The notes beneath the pieces are model-generated. The model had not been told where the DNA came from, did not search any database, and saw only the letters and a program-made list of their open reading frames with translations. The position numbers and the translations under genes are program-made. DNA of 34,360 nucleotides, from positions 1-34,360 of the forward strand of contig JACQQI010000024.1 of NCBI GenBank assembly GCA_016207115.1, in the 5' to 3' direction. Source of the DNA: Candidatus Nealsonbacteria bacterium. Lineage in GTDB: Bacteria > Patescibacteriota > Minisyncoccia > Minisyncoccales > GWA2-46-15. This document shows positions 1 through 9,220 of this stretch, in pieces; positions within the stretch are counted from its first letter, which is position 1; every line of letters starts with the position of its first letter.

Positions 1-21
1 AATTAGTAGTAACTTTTTCAT
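1..21 (-). CDS. 5' end of a probable exported protein (MKKLLLI...), runs off the window
   Basis: ATG at 21-19, 16 nt after the csoR stop, reads MKKLLLI like a signal peptide start; only 7 codons are visible. Confidence 0.35.
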
Positions 22-37
22 TTTATCGTTTAGATTC

Positions 38-313
38 TTAGATTTTATTCAACAACCGGGTAATCCGGAGGATTTCCTGCACCATTTCTTGCTTCTTCTT
101 TTCATTCCTGGCCGCGATCGCGCTTTTAAAACAGGTGTTCAGGTGCCCTTCCATCAATTGCTGATGAGCCGATTTCAAAAGGCCGAGAACGGCCAAGTTT
201 TGCTGCATGACATCAATGCAATATTTGCCCTCTTCGGTCATTCTGATGATTTTACCCAGAAGAGATTGGGCCTTTTTGAAATTAATTAGAACGGCTTTCT
301 TTGATTTTTGCAT
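38..313 (-). CDS. csoR: CsoR/RcnR family metal-sensing transcriptional repressor
   Basis: YCIDVMQQ...HLNTC motif (Cys...His-x3-Cys). Start moved from 406 to ATG 313 because a promoter and operator occupy 324-376. Confidence 0.88.
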   Translation of the reverse strand: MQKSKKAVLINFKKAQSLLGKIIRMTEEGKYCIDVMQQNLAVLGLLKSAHQQLMEGHLNTCFKSAIAARNEKKKQEMVQEILRITRLLNKI

Positions 314-323
314 ATATTTGCCC

Positions 324-342
324 GTACCCAGGGTATGGGTAT
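324..342. promoter_or_regulatory. CsoR-type operator
   Basis: GTACCCAGGGTATGGGTAT = TACCC-N7-GGGTA inverted repeat with G/C tracts, between the -10 box and the csoR ATG. Confidence 0.7.
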
Positions 343-348
343 TCATTA

Positions 349-376
349 AATATACCCGATGGAAAAACTTTGTCAA
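349..376 (-). promoter_or_regulatory. sigma70 promoter of csoR
   Basis: TTGACA (376-371)-N16-TATATT (354-349). Confidence 0.6.
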
Positions 377-386
377 ACCGCCCGAT

Positions 387-566
387 TTAATGGCAACAAC
401 CGCCACTCGAATGATCTGGCTGTTCTTTAACCATTTTTTTTCGGTACTCTTCCCGGCAATCTTCCGAACAAAACTTTTTACCTCCGGCCACTGGATAATC
501 TTTTCCCTTTTCTAATTCCATTTTACAAACTGGACACTTTTCTTTGGAAGCGAAAAATTGAAACAT
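387..566 (-). CDS. Small YHS/TRASH-type metal-binding protein, 59 aa (not in ORF track)
   Basis: Manual translation MFQFFASKEKCPVCKMELEKGKDYPVAGGKKFCSEDCREEYRKKMVKEQPDHSSGGCCH; CPVCxM and FCSxxC motifs plus C-terminal GGCCH; fills the gap between ccdA and csoR. Confidence 0.85.
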   Translation of the reverse strand: MFQFFASKEKCPVCKMELEKGKDYPVAGGKKFCSEDCREEYRKKMVKEQPDHSSGGCCH

Positions 567-576
567 GATTGTTAAT

Positions 577-1476
577 TTACTTAATTTTCTCTACGACCTT
601 TGAATCCGGCTTCCGGCGGCGGGCGACGCCGACGAACAGGAGAAGAAAAACGAAAGCTACGGTGATCCAAATTACGGCCGGCATCTGAATTAAATATTGA
701 TTAACGAGGTTAATAAATTGAGCCGAGTAAACGTTCACCTTCATCTGATATGATGAGTGAACGGCCAGCTGGCCGGTCGAAGCCAGGTAGAGTATGAGAG
801 TTCCCATTGACAAAAAAGTCATCCCCGACATCAAATCGGCTACGGTAAGATTTATCGCTCTCCCCAAAAACGAGTAGGAAACCGGTTTCCTGAAAATGGC
901 GAATTTTTTGGTGAAGTCAACCCGATCGAGAAGGTAGGCAAGAAAAAAGAGGGGCGAAACCATGCCCAGGGCATAAGTCAGGGCATAGAGGCCTCCCCAG
1001 AGAAGAGAGCCCGGCAAAACAGAAAGAGCCAAAACGCCAGCGAGAACCGGAGCACAACAAAGAGTGGCAAAACCGGAAAAAACTCCCAGACTGAAGACTG
1101 AGCCGGGGCTATTGATCTTCGAAGCCGCCGCCGGGCGACTCGTTTTCATCGAAGGAACAGAGAAGGGCAAAGAAAAATGTTGGCCGAGTAAAATCAGAGC
1201 GGACAAAAATAGAAGAAGCAACCCGCCGAGAATAAATAAGGGGTCGTGGTATCGGCTGAAGAATCCTCCCAGGGCCGCCACGCCTAAACCCAAAGGCAGG
1301 AAAACCGTCAGCAGCCCGAGAAAAAAAACAAAGGTCATCAGAAAAACCGTCCGTTTTTGGGCAAAGACGGAACCGAGGTAGGCGGGCAATAGAACAGTGA
1401 TGCAGCAGGGGGCAAAAAGAGCGGCGACGCCGGCGACAAAGGCGGCGATGAGAGACGCTCCAACGAGTATTTCCAT
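577..1476 (-). CDS. CcdA/DsbD-type transmembrane thiol-disulfide transporter
   Basis: Multi-TM protein with FAPCC...LP and LCCAPVLAGVL motifs; next to a thioredoxin-fold gene. Confidence 0.8.
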   Translation of the reverse strand: MEILVGASLIAAFVAGVAALFAPCCITVLLPAYLGSVFAQKRTVFLMTFVFFLGLLTVFLPLGLGVAALGGFFSRYHDPLFILGGLLLLFLSALILLGQHFSLPFSVPSMKTSRPAAASKINSPGSVFSLGVFSGFATLCCAPVLAGVLALSVLPGSLLWGGLYALTYALGMVSPLFFLAYLLDRVDFTKKFAIFRKPVSYSFLGRAINLTVADLMSGMTFLSMGTLILYLASTGQLAVHSSYQMKVNVYSAQFINLVNQYLIQMPAVIWITVAFVFLLLFVGVARRRKPDSKVVEKIK

Positions 1477-1477
1477 G

Positions 1478-1550
1478 TTACCTTTTTGCGGAGCAAAAAA
1501 GCTAAGCTTTGTTTACCTTTTCGCGAAGCGAAAAGGCTAAGCTTTGCTTA
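1478..1550 (-). repeat. Repeat family A, two tandem 38-nt copies (1513-1550 and 1478-1515) sharing a TAA
   Basis: Minus strand TAAGCAAAGCTTAGCCTTTTCGCTTCGCGAAAAGG-TAA-ACAAAGCTTAGCTTTTTTGCTCCGCAAAAAGGTAA. Confidence 0.85.
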
Positions 1551-1554
1551 TTTT

Positions 1555-2157
1555 TTACAGCTTTGAGATTTCGGAAAGAAGGACATCGTTTCTCAGGCCC
1601 ATTTTAGGGTCATCGAGAGTGTAACGGATAATGCCGTTTTTATCGACGATGAAATAAGTATGTCCGGGGTAGCCACCGGGGTGCATCGGGGAGGGCGGGT
1701 GCATAGATGAAGACAGGGCCAAAATGTCGTAAGCCGTGGAAACTTTTCGATCAGAATCAAAAAGAATCTCGGCTTTTGAAAATTCTGGTAATTGGCTGAC
1801 GATCTTATCCCATTCGCTTTTTTGATCGATGACAATGGAAAACGCCCTTACCTTATCGGCGTTGAATCTTTCGTCGCCGGCAAGAGACTTGATCTGGTCC
1901 CAGCAGGCCGGGTAACACATTGCTCCTTCATTAAAAAAGAGGATGACCGTTTTCCCTCGATAATCGCTGAGCCGAACGGTTTTATTATTGATGTCTTGAA
2001 GAACAAAATCTGGAGCCTGTTTTCCGACGGCTTGGCTAAAGTTCAACTTCTCGTTCTCTGTCTTTGTCTCTGACAATCTCTGGGGTTGATTGAAATAAAT
2101 AAATAATGAGCCGACCACCAACAATAAAGAAAAAAGGGCGAGAATCTTAACAAACAT
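1555..2157 (-). CDS. Membrane-anchored thioredoxin-fold (AhpC/TSA/redoxin, Sco-like CxxxC) protein
   Basis: N-terminal TM; VGKQAPDFVLQD...LSDYRGKTVILFF; CYPAC motif; PGHTYFIVDKNGIIR. Confidence 0.8.
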   Translation of the reverse strand: MFVKILALFSLLLVVGSLFIYFNQPQRLSETKTENEKLNFSQAVGKQAPDFVLQDINNKTVRLSDYRGKTVILFFNEGAMCYPACWDQIKSLAGDERFNADKVRAFSIVIDQKSEWDKIVSQLPEFSKAEILFDSDRKVSTAYDILALSSSMHPPSPMHPGGYPGHTYFIVDKNGIIRYTLDDPKMGLRNDVLLSEISKL

Positions 2158-2200
2158 GTTGTTTTAACGATTAACGGCGTGGTTGATTATTTCGACTCTT

Positions 2201-2224
2201 TACCCAGACCTGGGGTGGGGGTAC
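2201..2224. promoter_or_regulatory. Second CsoR-type operator, upstream of the redoxin-ccdA-YHS operon
   Basis: TACCCAGACCTGGGGTGGGGGTAC aligns with the 324-342 site and lies just downstream of the -10 box. Confidence 0.6.
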
Positions 2225-2231
2225 TGATGTC

Positions 2232-2259
2232 ACCATAGCAGATGAGGAGTTTCTGTCAA
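2232..2259 (-). promoter_or_regulatory. sigma70 promoter of the redoxin operon
   Basis: TTGACA (2259-2254)-N16-extended -10 TGcTATGGT. Confidence 0.65.
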
Positions 2260-2307
2260 CTCGTGTTGGCGATGGGGTCAATCTGTGGTAGATTAAAGGA
2301 GAAATCG

Positions 2308-2379
2308 GCGGGTGTAGCACAACGGTCAGTGCGCTTGTTTTCCAAACAAGATAAGAGGGTTCGACTCCCTTCACCCGCT
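2308..2379 (+). tRNA. tRNA-Gly (TCC)
   Basis: Acceptor GCGGGTG/CACCCGC, anticodon arm CTTGT-TTTCCAA-ACAAG, GGTTCGACTCC T-arm; CCA not encoded. Confidence 0.95.
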
Positions 2380-2380
2380 C

Positions 2381-2408
2381 AAACAAAAGACAGCCCCAAA
2401 GGGCTGCC
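2381..2408 (-). terminator. Rho-independent terminator for minus-strand transcripts
   Basis: GGCAGCCC-TTTG-GGGCTGTC followed by TTTTGTTT. Confidence 0.7.
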
Positions 2409-2433
2409 CGTGGCATTTCATGAGAAGAGGGTC

Positions 2434-2538
2434 CTAACGGCCAAACAGATACCAAAGTAAAACGACGACGAGGACGGCGCAAGTCAGACCGGCGCCGTAG
2501 ACCAGTTTTTTATTGGCTAAAAAGTCTTGCGGTAGCAT
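2434..2538 (-). CDS. Putative 34-aa single-pass membrane protein (not in ORF track)
   Basis: MLPQDFLANKKLVYGAGLTCAVLVVVLLWYLFGR; basic residues then a hydrophobic helix; between rny and a terminator. Confidence 0.5.
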   Translation of the reverse strand: MLPQDFLANKKLVYGAGLTCAVLVVVLLWYLFGR

Positions 2539-2555
2539 AGTCACAAAAAGTTGTT

Positions 2556-2605
2556 TAAGAACCTCTCTGCGCGAGAACCTTGATTCTCGCCGAGGCTCGA
2601 ATTAA
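2556..2605 (+). repeat. Repeat family C, intergenic copy
   Basis: TAAGAACCTCTCTGCGCGAGAACCTTGATTCTCGCCGAGGCTCGAATTAA; hairpin GCGAGAA/TTCTCGC; homologous to 6918-6969. Confidence 0.75.
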
Positions 2606-2618
2606 GAAAAACGACCTT

Positions 2619-4151
2619 TTACCGAGCGTGCTCGGTGATCCTCAATTCGCGGATCAGATTGACCTTGATTTCGCCCGGATAGCGCAGCTCTTCCTGGATT
2701 TTGGCGGCAATCTCCTTGGCCATCTTTTTGGCGCCAAAGTCATCGATTTCGTCGGGGCGAACAAAAATCCGGATCTCTCTCCCGGCCTGCAAAGCCCAGG
2801 CTTTTTCGACTCCCGGAAAATTTAAAGCGATCGTTTCCAAGTCTCCCAGTCGTTTGAGATAATTCTCCACGGTGTCTTTCCGAGCGCCCGGCCGAGCTCC
2901 AGAAATCTGATCGGCTGTCTGAACCAAAACCGCCTCCAGGCTTTCGTAGGGATATTCTTCATGATGAGACTTCATGGCTGCGATCACGGCTTTTTCCACG
3001 CCGAACTTTTCTAAGATCTTAATGCCGATCTCGACGTGAGAGCCTTCGATTTGCTGGTCAACTGCTTTACCGACGTCGTGCAGAAGACCGGCTTTCTTCG
3101 CCACCTGAACGTTGCCGCCGATCTCGGCGGCCAGGCCGGCCGAAAGGTGAGCCACCTCGATCGAGTGCAAAAGAACATTCTGACCGTAGCTCGTCCGGAA
3201 CTTTAAGCGCCCCAGAAGCTGAACCAACTTCGGATCAAACCCGATGATGCCGGTCTCATAGATGGCCGTGTCGCCGGCTTCCCGGATTTGCTTGGCGATT
3301 TCCGATTCGGCTTTGGCCACTTCGTCTTCAATCCGCGCCGGTTGAATCCGGCCGTCTTGGATCAGTTTTTCCAAAGCCACTTTGGCGATCTGTCGTCGGA
3401 TCGGGTCAAAACCCGAAATGACGAGGGCTTGAGGCGTTTCGTCGATGATGACCTCCACGCCGGTTAATTTTTCCAGGGTCCGGATATTCCGGCCCTCCTT
3501 GCCGATGATGCGTCCCTTAATTTCGTCGTTGGGCAAAGCGATGGTGGTCGTGGTAATCTCTTGAGCCTGGGACAGGGCCTGTTTTTGGATGACCAAAGAC
3601 AATATCTCTTTGGCCTTTTTATCGAACTGTTCTCGACCATTCTCTTCCAGCTTTCTCATTCTTTCCATGATCTCCAACTGAGAACTATTTTCGACCTTGG
3701 CCAGCAACTCCTCTTTGGCCTCTCTCGCCGTCAGTCCCGAGACTCTTTCGAGCTCGGCGCGGGTCTTGAGATTGAGCTCTTCGATATTCTTTTTTACTTC
3801 TTTGAGTTTCTCCACCTTCTCGGAGAAATCCTGTTCGCGCCCTTCGAATTGGTCGATTCGTTGTTCTAACAAGCTTTCTCTTTTCAAAAGCAAACCCTCC
3901 GCGCGAAAGATTTCCTGGCGGCGATCCTCGGTTTCTTTTTGAGCGGTTTCGAGGAATTTTTGCGCCTTGGTCTTGGCCTCAGAGAGAATGGCCTCAGCCT
4001 CCACTCTGGCCTGAGAAGCCATCTTCTGCAGCCTGGCTTCAATACTGCCGAGAGTCCTCTTGGCAATTGATTGGCGCGTCAGATAGCCCAAGACGGATCC
4101 GACGGCCAAAGATAAAAACGCTAAGATAACAAGAAAGAGTGGTTGTTCCAT
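2619..4151 (-). CDS. rny: Ribonuclease Y
   Basis: N-terminal TM, coiled coil, KH motif KGRIIGKEGRNIR, HD domain (LLHDVGKA), AGREIR. Confidence 0.97.
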   Translation of the reverse strand: MEQPLFLVILAFLSLAVGSVLGYLTRQSIAKRTLGSIEARLQKMASQARVEAEAILSEAKTKAQKFLETAQKETEDRRQEIFRAEGLLLKRESLLEQRIDQFEGREQDFSEKVEKLKEVKKNIEELNLKTRAELERVSGLTAREAKEELLAKVENSSQLEIMERMRKLEENGREQFDKKAKEILSLVIQKQALSQAQEITTTTIALPNDEIKGRIIGKEGRNIRTLEKLTGVEVIIDETPQALVISGFDPIRRQIAKVALEKLIQDGRIQPARIEDEVAKAESEIAKQIREAGDTAIYETGIIGFDPKLVQLLGRLKFRTSYGQNVLLHSIEVAHLSAGLAAEIGGNVQVAKKAGLLHDVGKAVDQQIEGSHVEIGIKILEKFGVEKAVIAAMKSHHEEYPYESLEAVLVQTADQISGARPGARKDTVENYLKRLGDLETIALNFPGVEKAWALQAGREIRIFVRPDEIDDFGAKKMAKEIAAKIQEELRYPGEIKVNLIRELRITEHAR

Positions 4152-4195
4152 ATTGGATAAAACCTTGAGTCGGCTGCATCAAACTCTAGTTTAAG

Positions 4196-4780
4196 TTAAT
4201 TTTTAGTCTTGATGACCGCATCGATCAATCCGTAAGCCTTGGCCTCATCGGCCCCGAGGTAAAAATCACGATCGGTATCTTTTTCGATCTTTGCCAAAGA
4301 CTGGCCCGTGTGCTTGGCCAGAATCTGGTTCAGTTTTTCCCTGATTTTCAGAATCTGTTTGGCCGTAATCTCAATCTCCACGGCTTCGCCCGTTACCCCG
4401 CCAGCGACCTGATGCAGCAGGATTTCTGAATTGGGTAGGGCAAATCTTTTGCTTTTTTGACCCGCACACAGCAAAACCGCTCCCATGGAGGCGGCTAAGC
4501 CCACGCAAACCGTGGAAATGTCCGGTTTGACGTGTTGCATCGTATCATAGATGGCCAAGCCGGCCGTGACCGAACCGCCGGGAGTATTAATGTAGAGCTG
4601 GATGTCCTTGGCCGGGTCTTTCGAGGCCAAAAACAAAAGCTGGGCAATGATAGAATTGGCCACCTGGTCCGTGATCGGCCCGGCGAGAAAAACGATCCTC
4701 TCCTTGAGGAGACGGGAATAGATATCGTAAGCTCTCTCGCCAAACTGGGATTTTTCAATTACGGTTGGGATCAGATTCAT
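4196..4780 (-). CDS. clpP: ATP-dependent Clp protease proteolytic subunit
   Basis: [38 protein letters not shown]. Confidence 0.98.
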   Translation of the reverse strand: MNLIPTVIEKSQFGERAYDIYSRLLKERIVFLAGPITDQVANSIIAQLLFLASKDPAKDIQLYINTPGGSVTAGLAIYDTMQHVKPDISTVCVGLAASMGAVLLCAGQKSKRFALPNSEILLHQVAGGVTGEAVEIEITAKQILKIREKLNQILAKHTGQSLAKIEKDTDRDFYLGADEAKAYGLIDAVIKTKN

Positions 4781-4805
4781 GTAAGTAATCTTACGTAAAT
4801 CATCT

Positions 4806-4840
4806 TAACAAAAATCTCCCCGTCCGTAAAGGACGGGGAG
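4806..4840 (-). terminator. Terminator downstream of hppA
   Basis: Hairpin CTCCCCGTCC-N5-GGACGGGGAG followed by ATTTTTGTT on the minus strand. Confidence 0.75.
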
Positions 4841-4860
4841 CGGGCCTTTTCGAATCAAAA

Positions 4861-6843
4861 TTAAACCAGAAAAGCCACGATCAGAAGGGCGACGATGTTG
4901 ATAACCTTGATCATGGGATTTATGGCGGGCCCAGCCGTGTCTTTGTAGGGGTCGCCGACCGTGTCGCCGGTCACGGCCGCCTGATGGGCAAAAGAACCCT
5001 TGCCGCCGTAGTTGCCTTCTTCGATGTACTTTTTGGCGTTATCCCAGGCCGCTCCCCCGGAAGTCATGGAAATGGCCAGAAAGAGGCCGGTCAGAATGCT
5101 GCCCATCAAGACTCCGGCCAGGGCCAGCGGCCCCAGAAGAAAACCAATCAGGATCGGCGCCAAGACCGGCAAGAGAGTTGGGACGACCATTTCTTTCAGC
5201 GCGGCCTTGGTCACGATATCAACACACTTTCCGTACTCCGGCTTTTGCGTTCCCTCCATCAAGCCCGGAATTTCTTTGAATTGCCGACGAACTTCGTTAA
5301 CGACCTGACCCGCGGCCTTGCCCACGGCGAGCATGGCCAGAGAAGCAAAAAAGTAGGGGATGAGGCCGCCCAGGAAAAGCCCGACGATTACTTTCGGGTC
5401 GTCCAAAGAAAACTGGAAACGGCCGCCGGCCGCCAGCAGTTCCTGGGTGAAGCTGGCAAAAAGCACCAGGGCCGCCAATCCCGCCGAGGCAATGGCGTAG
5501 CCCTTGGTGACGGCTTTGGTCGTATTGCCCACCGCGTCTAAGGCATCGGTAACTTTCCGGACGTCTTCACCGGCACCCGACATCTCGGCCAAGCCGCCGG
5601 CATTGTCCACAATCGGCCCGAAAGCGTCAATGGCGATGATTAGACCCGTCAAAGAAAGCATGGCGACCGTGGCCAGGGCCACGCCGAAAATCCCGGCCAG
5701 CCAGAAACTGACCAGGATGCCCGAGGAAATTAAAATGGTCGGCAGGACGGTCGACTGCATGCCCACGGCTAAGCCGATGATGACGTTCGTCCCGTGACCG
5801 GTTTGAGACGAGGCGGCGATAGACCTAACCGGCGAGTGTTTTTTGGAAGTGAAGTACTCGGTGATGGCAAAGATTCCCGCGGTCACGACCAGGCCTACCA
5901 AAGAAGCCAAATAGAGCTTATTCGCCGAAAAGGGACTCAGCCGGCTGAACTTTTGGATAATCGGATAGAAGCCCAGGGCAGCGACTAAAGCGGAAACGAT
6001 CAGTCCTTGATAGAGAGCGGGCATGATTTCTTGGTTTCGACCCAGACGGACGAAAAAACTGCCGACGATCGAGGCGAGGATAGCTACCATCCCGAGGAAA
6101 AGAGGTAAAAGTACCAGGGGCGAGTCGGCCGAGACCAAGAGAGATCCGAGAATCATTGTCGAGATCAGAGCGATGACATAGGTTTCAAAAAGATCGGCGG
6201 CCATGCCGGCGCAATCACCCACGTTGTCGCCGACCTGATCGGCGATCACGGCCGGATTCCGAGGATCGTCTTCGGGAATGCCTTTTTCTACTTTACCGAC
6301 GATGTCGGCGCCGACGTCCGCGGCCTTGGTATAGATGCCGCCGCCCAGTCGGGCAAAAACAGAAATCAAGGAGCTGCCCAAGCCCAAGGCCACCAAGGCC
6401 TTCAAATCATTGGTCAAAAGATAGAACCCGGAAACGACCAGCAAGCCCAGCCCGACCACCAGAAAGCCGGTCACTGATCCGCCCTTGAAAGCCAGATCGA
6501 GAGCCGAGCTCAATCCTTTTTGAGCCGCCGCGGTTACCTTGTGATTGGCCTGAGTCGAAACGATCATACCCAAAAACCCGCAGAGGCCAGAGACAAAAGC
6601 CCCGAGCAGAAAAGCGAGTCCGGCCCGGAAACCCAAGACCAGAGACAAAAGAATGAAAAGAAAAGCGGCCACGGCCGCGATGGTTTTGCCCTGCCTCTGG
6701 AGATAGGAAAGAGCGCCCTGACGGATTCCAAGACTGATCTCGAGAGCCCGAGGCGAACCAGCGGGGGCCTCTCCGATCTTTTTGACCAAGAAGAAGACAA
6801 AGAGCAGGGCTAAAAGAGAAACGAGAATGGGAAAAAACAACAT
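4861..6843 (-). CDS. hppA: Membrane-bound ion-translocating pyrophosphatase, K+-independent signature
   Basis: [52 protein letters not shown]. Confidence 0.96.
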   Translation of the reverse strand: MLFFPILVSLLALLFVFFLVKKIGEAPAGSPRALEISLGIRQGALSYLQRQGKTIAAVAAFLFILLSLVLGFRAGLAFLLGAFVSGLCGFLGMIVSTQANHKVTAAAQKGLSSALDLAFKGGSVTGFLVVGLGLLVVSGFYLLTNDLKALVALGLGSSLISVFARLGGGIYTKAADVGADIVGKVEKGIPEDDPRNPAVIADQVGDNVGDCAGMAADLFETYVIALISTMILGSLLVSADSPLVLLPLFLGMVAILASIVGSFFVRLGRNQEIMPALYQGLIVSALVAALGFYPIIQKFSRLSPFSANKLYLASLVGLVVTAGIFAITEYFTSKKHSPVRSIAASSQTGHGTNVIIGLAVGMQSTVLPTILISSGILVSFWLAGIFGVALATVAMLSLTGLIIAIDAFGPIVDNAGGLAEMSGAGEDVRKVTDALDAVGNTTKAVTKGYAIASAGLAALVLFASFTQELLAAGGRFQFSLDDPKVIVGLFLGGLIPYFFASLAMLAVGKAAGQVVNEVRRQFKEIPGLMEGTQKPEYGKCVDIVTKAALKEMVVPTLLPVLAPILIGFLLGPLALAGVLMGSILTGLFLAISMTSGGAAWDNAKKYIEEGNYGGKGSFAHQAAVTGDTVGDPYKDTAGPAINPMIKVINIVALLIVAFLV

Positions 6844-6858
6844 ATCGCTTCGCGTTAT
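6843..6858 (-). repeat. Fragment of repeat family B abutting the hppA start codon
   Basis: ATAACGCGAAGCGAT(ATG) resembles ATAACGCAAAGAGATATATCG at 33419. Confidence 0.35.
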
Positions 6859-6860
6859 TA

Positions 6861-8204
6861 TTAAGCTTCTTTTTTGTCTTTTTTGACTTTGGGCTGGCTT
6901 TTTTTGGGTGTCGCCTTTTGATTTCGAGCAGGGTGAGAAACAAGGTTCTCACCAAGAGCGAGGTTCTTAGTTTTTTTCTCGGCCGGCTGACCTGAACCCT
7001 CTTTGATCTCTGCCGGCGGCTCGACCGGCGTCTCCTCTGGCGTTGATTCCTCTGCGGATTTCGAAGAAGATTCTGCCTCGCTCCGCACGTCAATTTTCCA
7101 GCCCGTGAGTTTGGCCGCCAATCTCACGTTCTGGCCGTCTTTGCCGATGGCTAGAGATAGCTGGTCTTCTGGAACAATGGCGAGGGCCAGGTTCTTCTCT
7201 TCGGTTTTGACCTCGAGTACCTTGGCTGGACTCAGGGCATTGGCAATCAAGTCGGCGGGATCGTCAGACCAATTGATGATGTCTATCTTCTCGCCGCCCA
7301 GTTCGTTGATGACGGTCATGACCCGAGTGCCCCTCTGGCCCACGGCGGCGCCGATCGGATCGATTCTCTCGTCATTGGAGAAAACGGCGACTTTGGATCG
7401 AGAACCCGCTTCTCGGGCGATCGATTTTATCTGGACTTGGCCCGAAGCAATTTCCGGCACTTCCAGCTCGAAAAGCCGAGAAATCAATTTCGGATGCGAT
7501 CGGGAAAGGAAGATGACCGGTCCCCGGGGTGTGTTCTCGGTTTTCAAGAGATAGACTTTTAGGCGCTGACCGGGGCGGTAAAACTCTCCCGGGACCTGTT
7601 CCTCTCGCGTCAGGATGCCGAGAGTCTTGCCAATGTTGAGGAAAACGTTGCGCCCTTCGATCCGCTGGACAGTTCCCGAGACCGCTTCTCCCTCTTTGGC
7701 CTGAAATTCGGAAAAAACGGTTTCCTTCTCGATCTCTTTGATCTTTTGTAAAACCACCTGCTTGGCGGTCTGGGCGGCGATGCGACCGAAAGAAGAAGCC
7801 GATTGAGACTCGAGGGGGAACTCCAATTCTTCCCCGGCCTTGACTCCTTTTTTAACTTTCTTGGCCTCCGCCAGTACCAAATGCCTTTCGGGATTAAAGC
7901 GGATCTTTTTTTCTTGTCCCTCTCCGGCCATCTCCGGAGTTTCCGGCCGGCCGGTTGTTTTCAGCTCTTCCAGCTCTGCCTCGGAGTAGATCATCTTGTC
8001 GTCCACTATCAGCTTCACCTGCCAAAACTCAACTTCGCCGGTGTCCAAATCCAGCTTGGCTTTGATCAACTGGCCCTTTTTGCCGTAATCTTTTTTATAG
8101 GCCGAGGACAAAGCCTGTTCGATCGTCTCGATGACTTTTTCCTTGGGGATGCCGCGCTCTTCAGAAATCTGATTGATGGCGGCAGCGAATGATTTTAAAT
8201 CCAT
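6861..8204 (-). CDS. nusA: Transcription termination/antitermination factor NusA
   Basis: [13 protein letters not shown]1 domain, [33 protein letters not shown]; ATG 8204 preferred to TTG 8222; low-complexity C-terminal tail. Confidence 0.97.
   Translation of the reverse strand: MDLKSFAAAINQISEERGIPKEKVIETIEQALSSAYKKDYGKKGQLIKAKLDLDTGEVEFWQVKLIVDDKMIYSEAELEELKTTGRPETPEMAGEGQEKKIRFNPERHLVLAEAKKVKKGVKAGEELEFPLESQSASSFGRIAAQTAKQVVLQKIKEIEKETVFSEFQAKEGEAVSGTVQRIEGRNVFLNIGKTLGILTREEQVPGEFYRPGQRLKVYLLKTENTPRGPVIFLSRSHPKLISRLFELEVPEIASGQVQIKSIAREAGSRSKVAVFSNDERIDPIGAAVGQRGTRVMTVINELGGEKIDIINWSDDPADLIANALSPAKVLEVKTEEKNLALAIVPEDQLSLAIGKDGQNVRLAAKLTGWKIDVRSEAESSSKSAEESTPEETPVEPPAEIKEGSGQPAEKKTKNLALGENLVSHPARNQKATPKKSQPKVKKDKKEA
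6918..6969 (-). repeat. Repeat family C, copy inside the nusA coding tail
   Basis: TAAGAACCTCGCTCTTGGTGAGAACCTTGTTTCTCACCCTGCTCGAAATCAA, translated as [17 protein letters not shown]. Confidence 0.75.
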
Positions 8205-8261
8205 ATTTAGATTTAACCTCAAAAACGAAGAAACGTCAATTTTAGAAAGATGGGACGAACC

Positions 8262-8582
8262 TTATCCGCGCGATGACAATAATAGGATGATCGTCACCGC
8301 GACAACGAAAAAAATGAGCCAAGCTAGAGTGGCGAAGAGCAGGCCAAAGGCTTCTTTTTTGAGGCCGCTCAAATAGAGGTGGATGGGTTGGCCCAAGACC
8401 AACAGGCTCGTTACGGACGCCGATATAATAAACAGAAGTAATAAGAAAAGCGGCACAAGGAAACTGGGCGCCTGACCAAAAATAACTTGTCCGTTAAAAA
8501 GCAGCCACGCGACGGCAGACGTATATAAAAAGACGCCGAGCGCATTTAATAAACTTTTCCAAAAGTATTCCAGTTTTTTCAT
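8262..8582 (-). CDS. Hypothetical 3-TM membrane protein
   Basis: Three hydrophobic segments; ATG at 8582 preferred. Confidence 0.75.
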   Translation of the reverse strand: MKKLEYFWKSLLNALGVFLYTSAVAWLLFNGQVIFGQAPSFLVPLFLLLLFIISASVTSLLVLGQPIHLYLSGLKKEAFGLLFATLAWLIFFVVAVTIILLLSSRG

Positions 8583-8619
8583 TGATTTACGGAAAGCCGG
8601 TACGAGCAATTTAGGACAG

Positions 8620-8690
8620 TGGACCTGGCGAGAATCGAACTCGCGCCTCTACAATGCGAATGTAGCGTAATGCCACTTTACTACAGGCCC
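8620..8690 (-). tRNA. tRNA-Ala (CGC)
   Basis: GGGCCTG/CAGGTCC acceptor with G3:U70; anticodon arm CTACA-TTCGCAT-TGTAG. Confidence 0.94.
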
Positions 8691-9136
8691 GTTTTACTTT
8701 TCCAAACAGTCTCCAGTAGTTTTAAGAAACGAGTAAAAAGAAAAATCCCTAAGATCTCGACGGTGAGCACGGAAATATCTCTCAATGTTCCGATGGGATA
8801 GCCTTCTCGAGAGTAGCTGAAATAATCTCGGCTCCAGAAATTGACAACATACAGGGCCGTCGTCAGGAGCACCCAGGCGTAGACAAAGAACTCACCGTTC
8901 CTCTTGTTCTTTTTCTCGCCCAGCCAGCGCACCAGTTCTTTGTGTAAAGAATAGATTAACAAGACGGATAGGTAGAATAGATTCATTCTGGCCGGGAGAA
9001 AACTACCCCGGCTGAAAAAATCAGCGGTCATCATCCCCATCGTCGCCAGGGTGACAATGGCACAGATGAAAAAAAGGTTTTGACTGATGCCAGACTCGAT
9101 TTTCTTCAAATCGTCCGGCCGCTCATTGTTTTGCAT
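8681..9136 (-). CDS. Hypothetical 4-TM membrane protein
   Basis: 151-aa ORF filling the space between two tRNAs; its stop codon lies within tRNA-Ala. Confidence 0.75.
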   Translation of the reverse strand: MQNNERPDDLKKIESGISQNLFFICAIVTLATMGMMTADFFSRGSFLPARMNLFYLSVLLIYSLHKELVRWLGEKKNKRNGEFFVYAWVLLTTALYVVNFWSRDYFSYSREGYPIGTLRDISVLTVEILGIFLFTRFLKLLETVWKSKTGL

Positions 9137-9141
9137 ATCTT

Positions 9142-9212
9142 TCGGGGCGTCCAGATTTGAACTGGAACAGCTGACTCCCGAAGCCAGTATACTACCATTA
9201 TATTACGCCCCG
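9142..9212 (-). tRNA. tRNA-Pro (CGG)
   Basis: CGGGGCG/CGCCCCG acceptor; anticodon arm CTGGC-TTCGGGA-GTCAG; TTCAAAT T-loop. Confidence 0.95.
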
Positions 9213-9220
9213 TAACTAAT

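Noticed and set aside
314-406. N-terminal extension of CsoR given in the ORF track
   Set aside because: It overlaps the promoter, the operator and the YHS gene end; ATG 313 fits the family length.
1478-1550. Tandem palindromic units as a CRISPR mini-array
   Set aside because: No unique spacers, only two diverged units, no cas genes, and copies are dispersed elsewhere.
2380-2618. 6S RNA or another ncRNA next to rny
   Set aside because: No long rod-like pairing visible; the region is explained by a terminator, a small ORF and a family C repeat.
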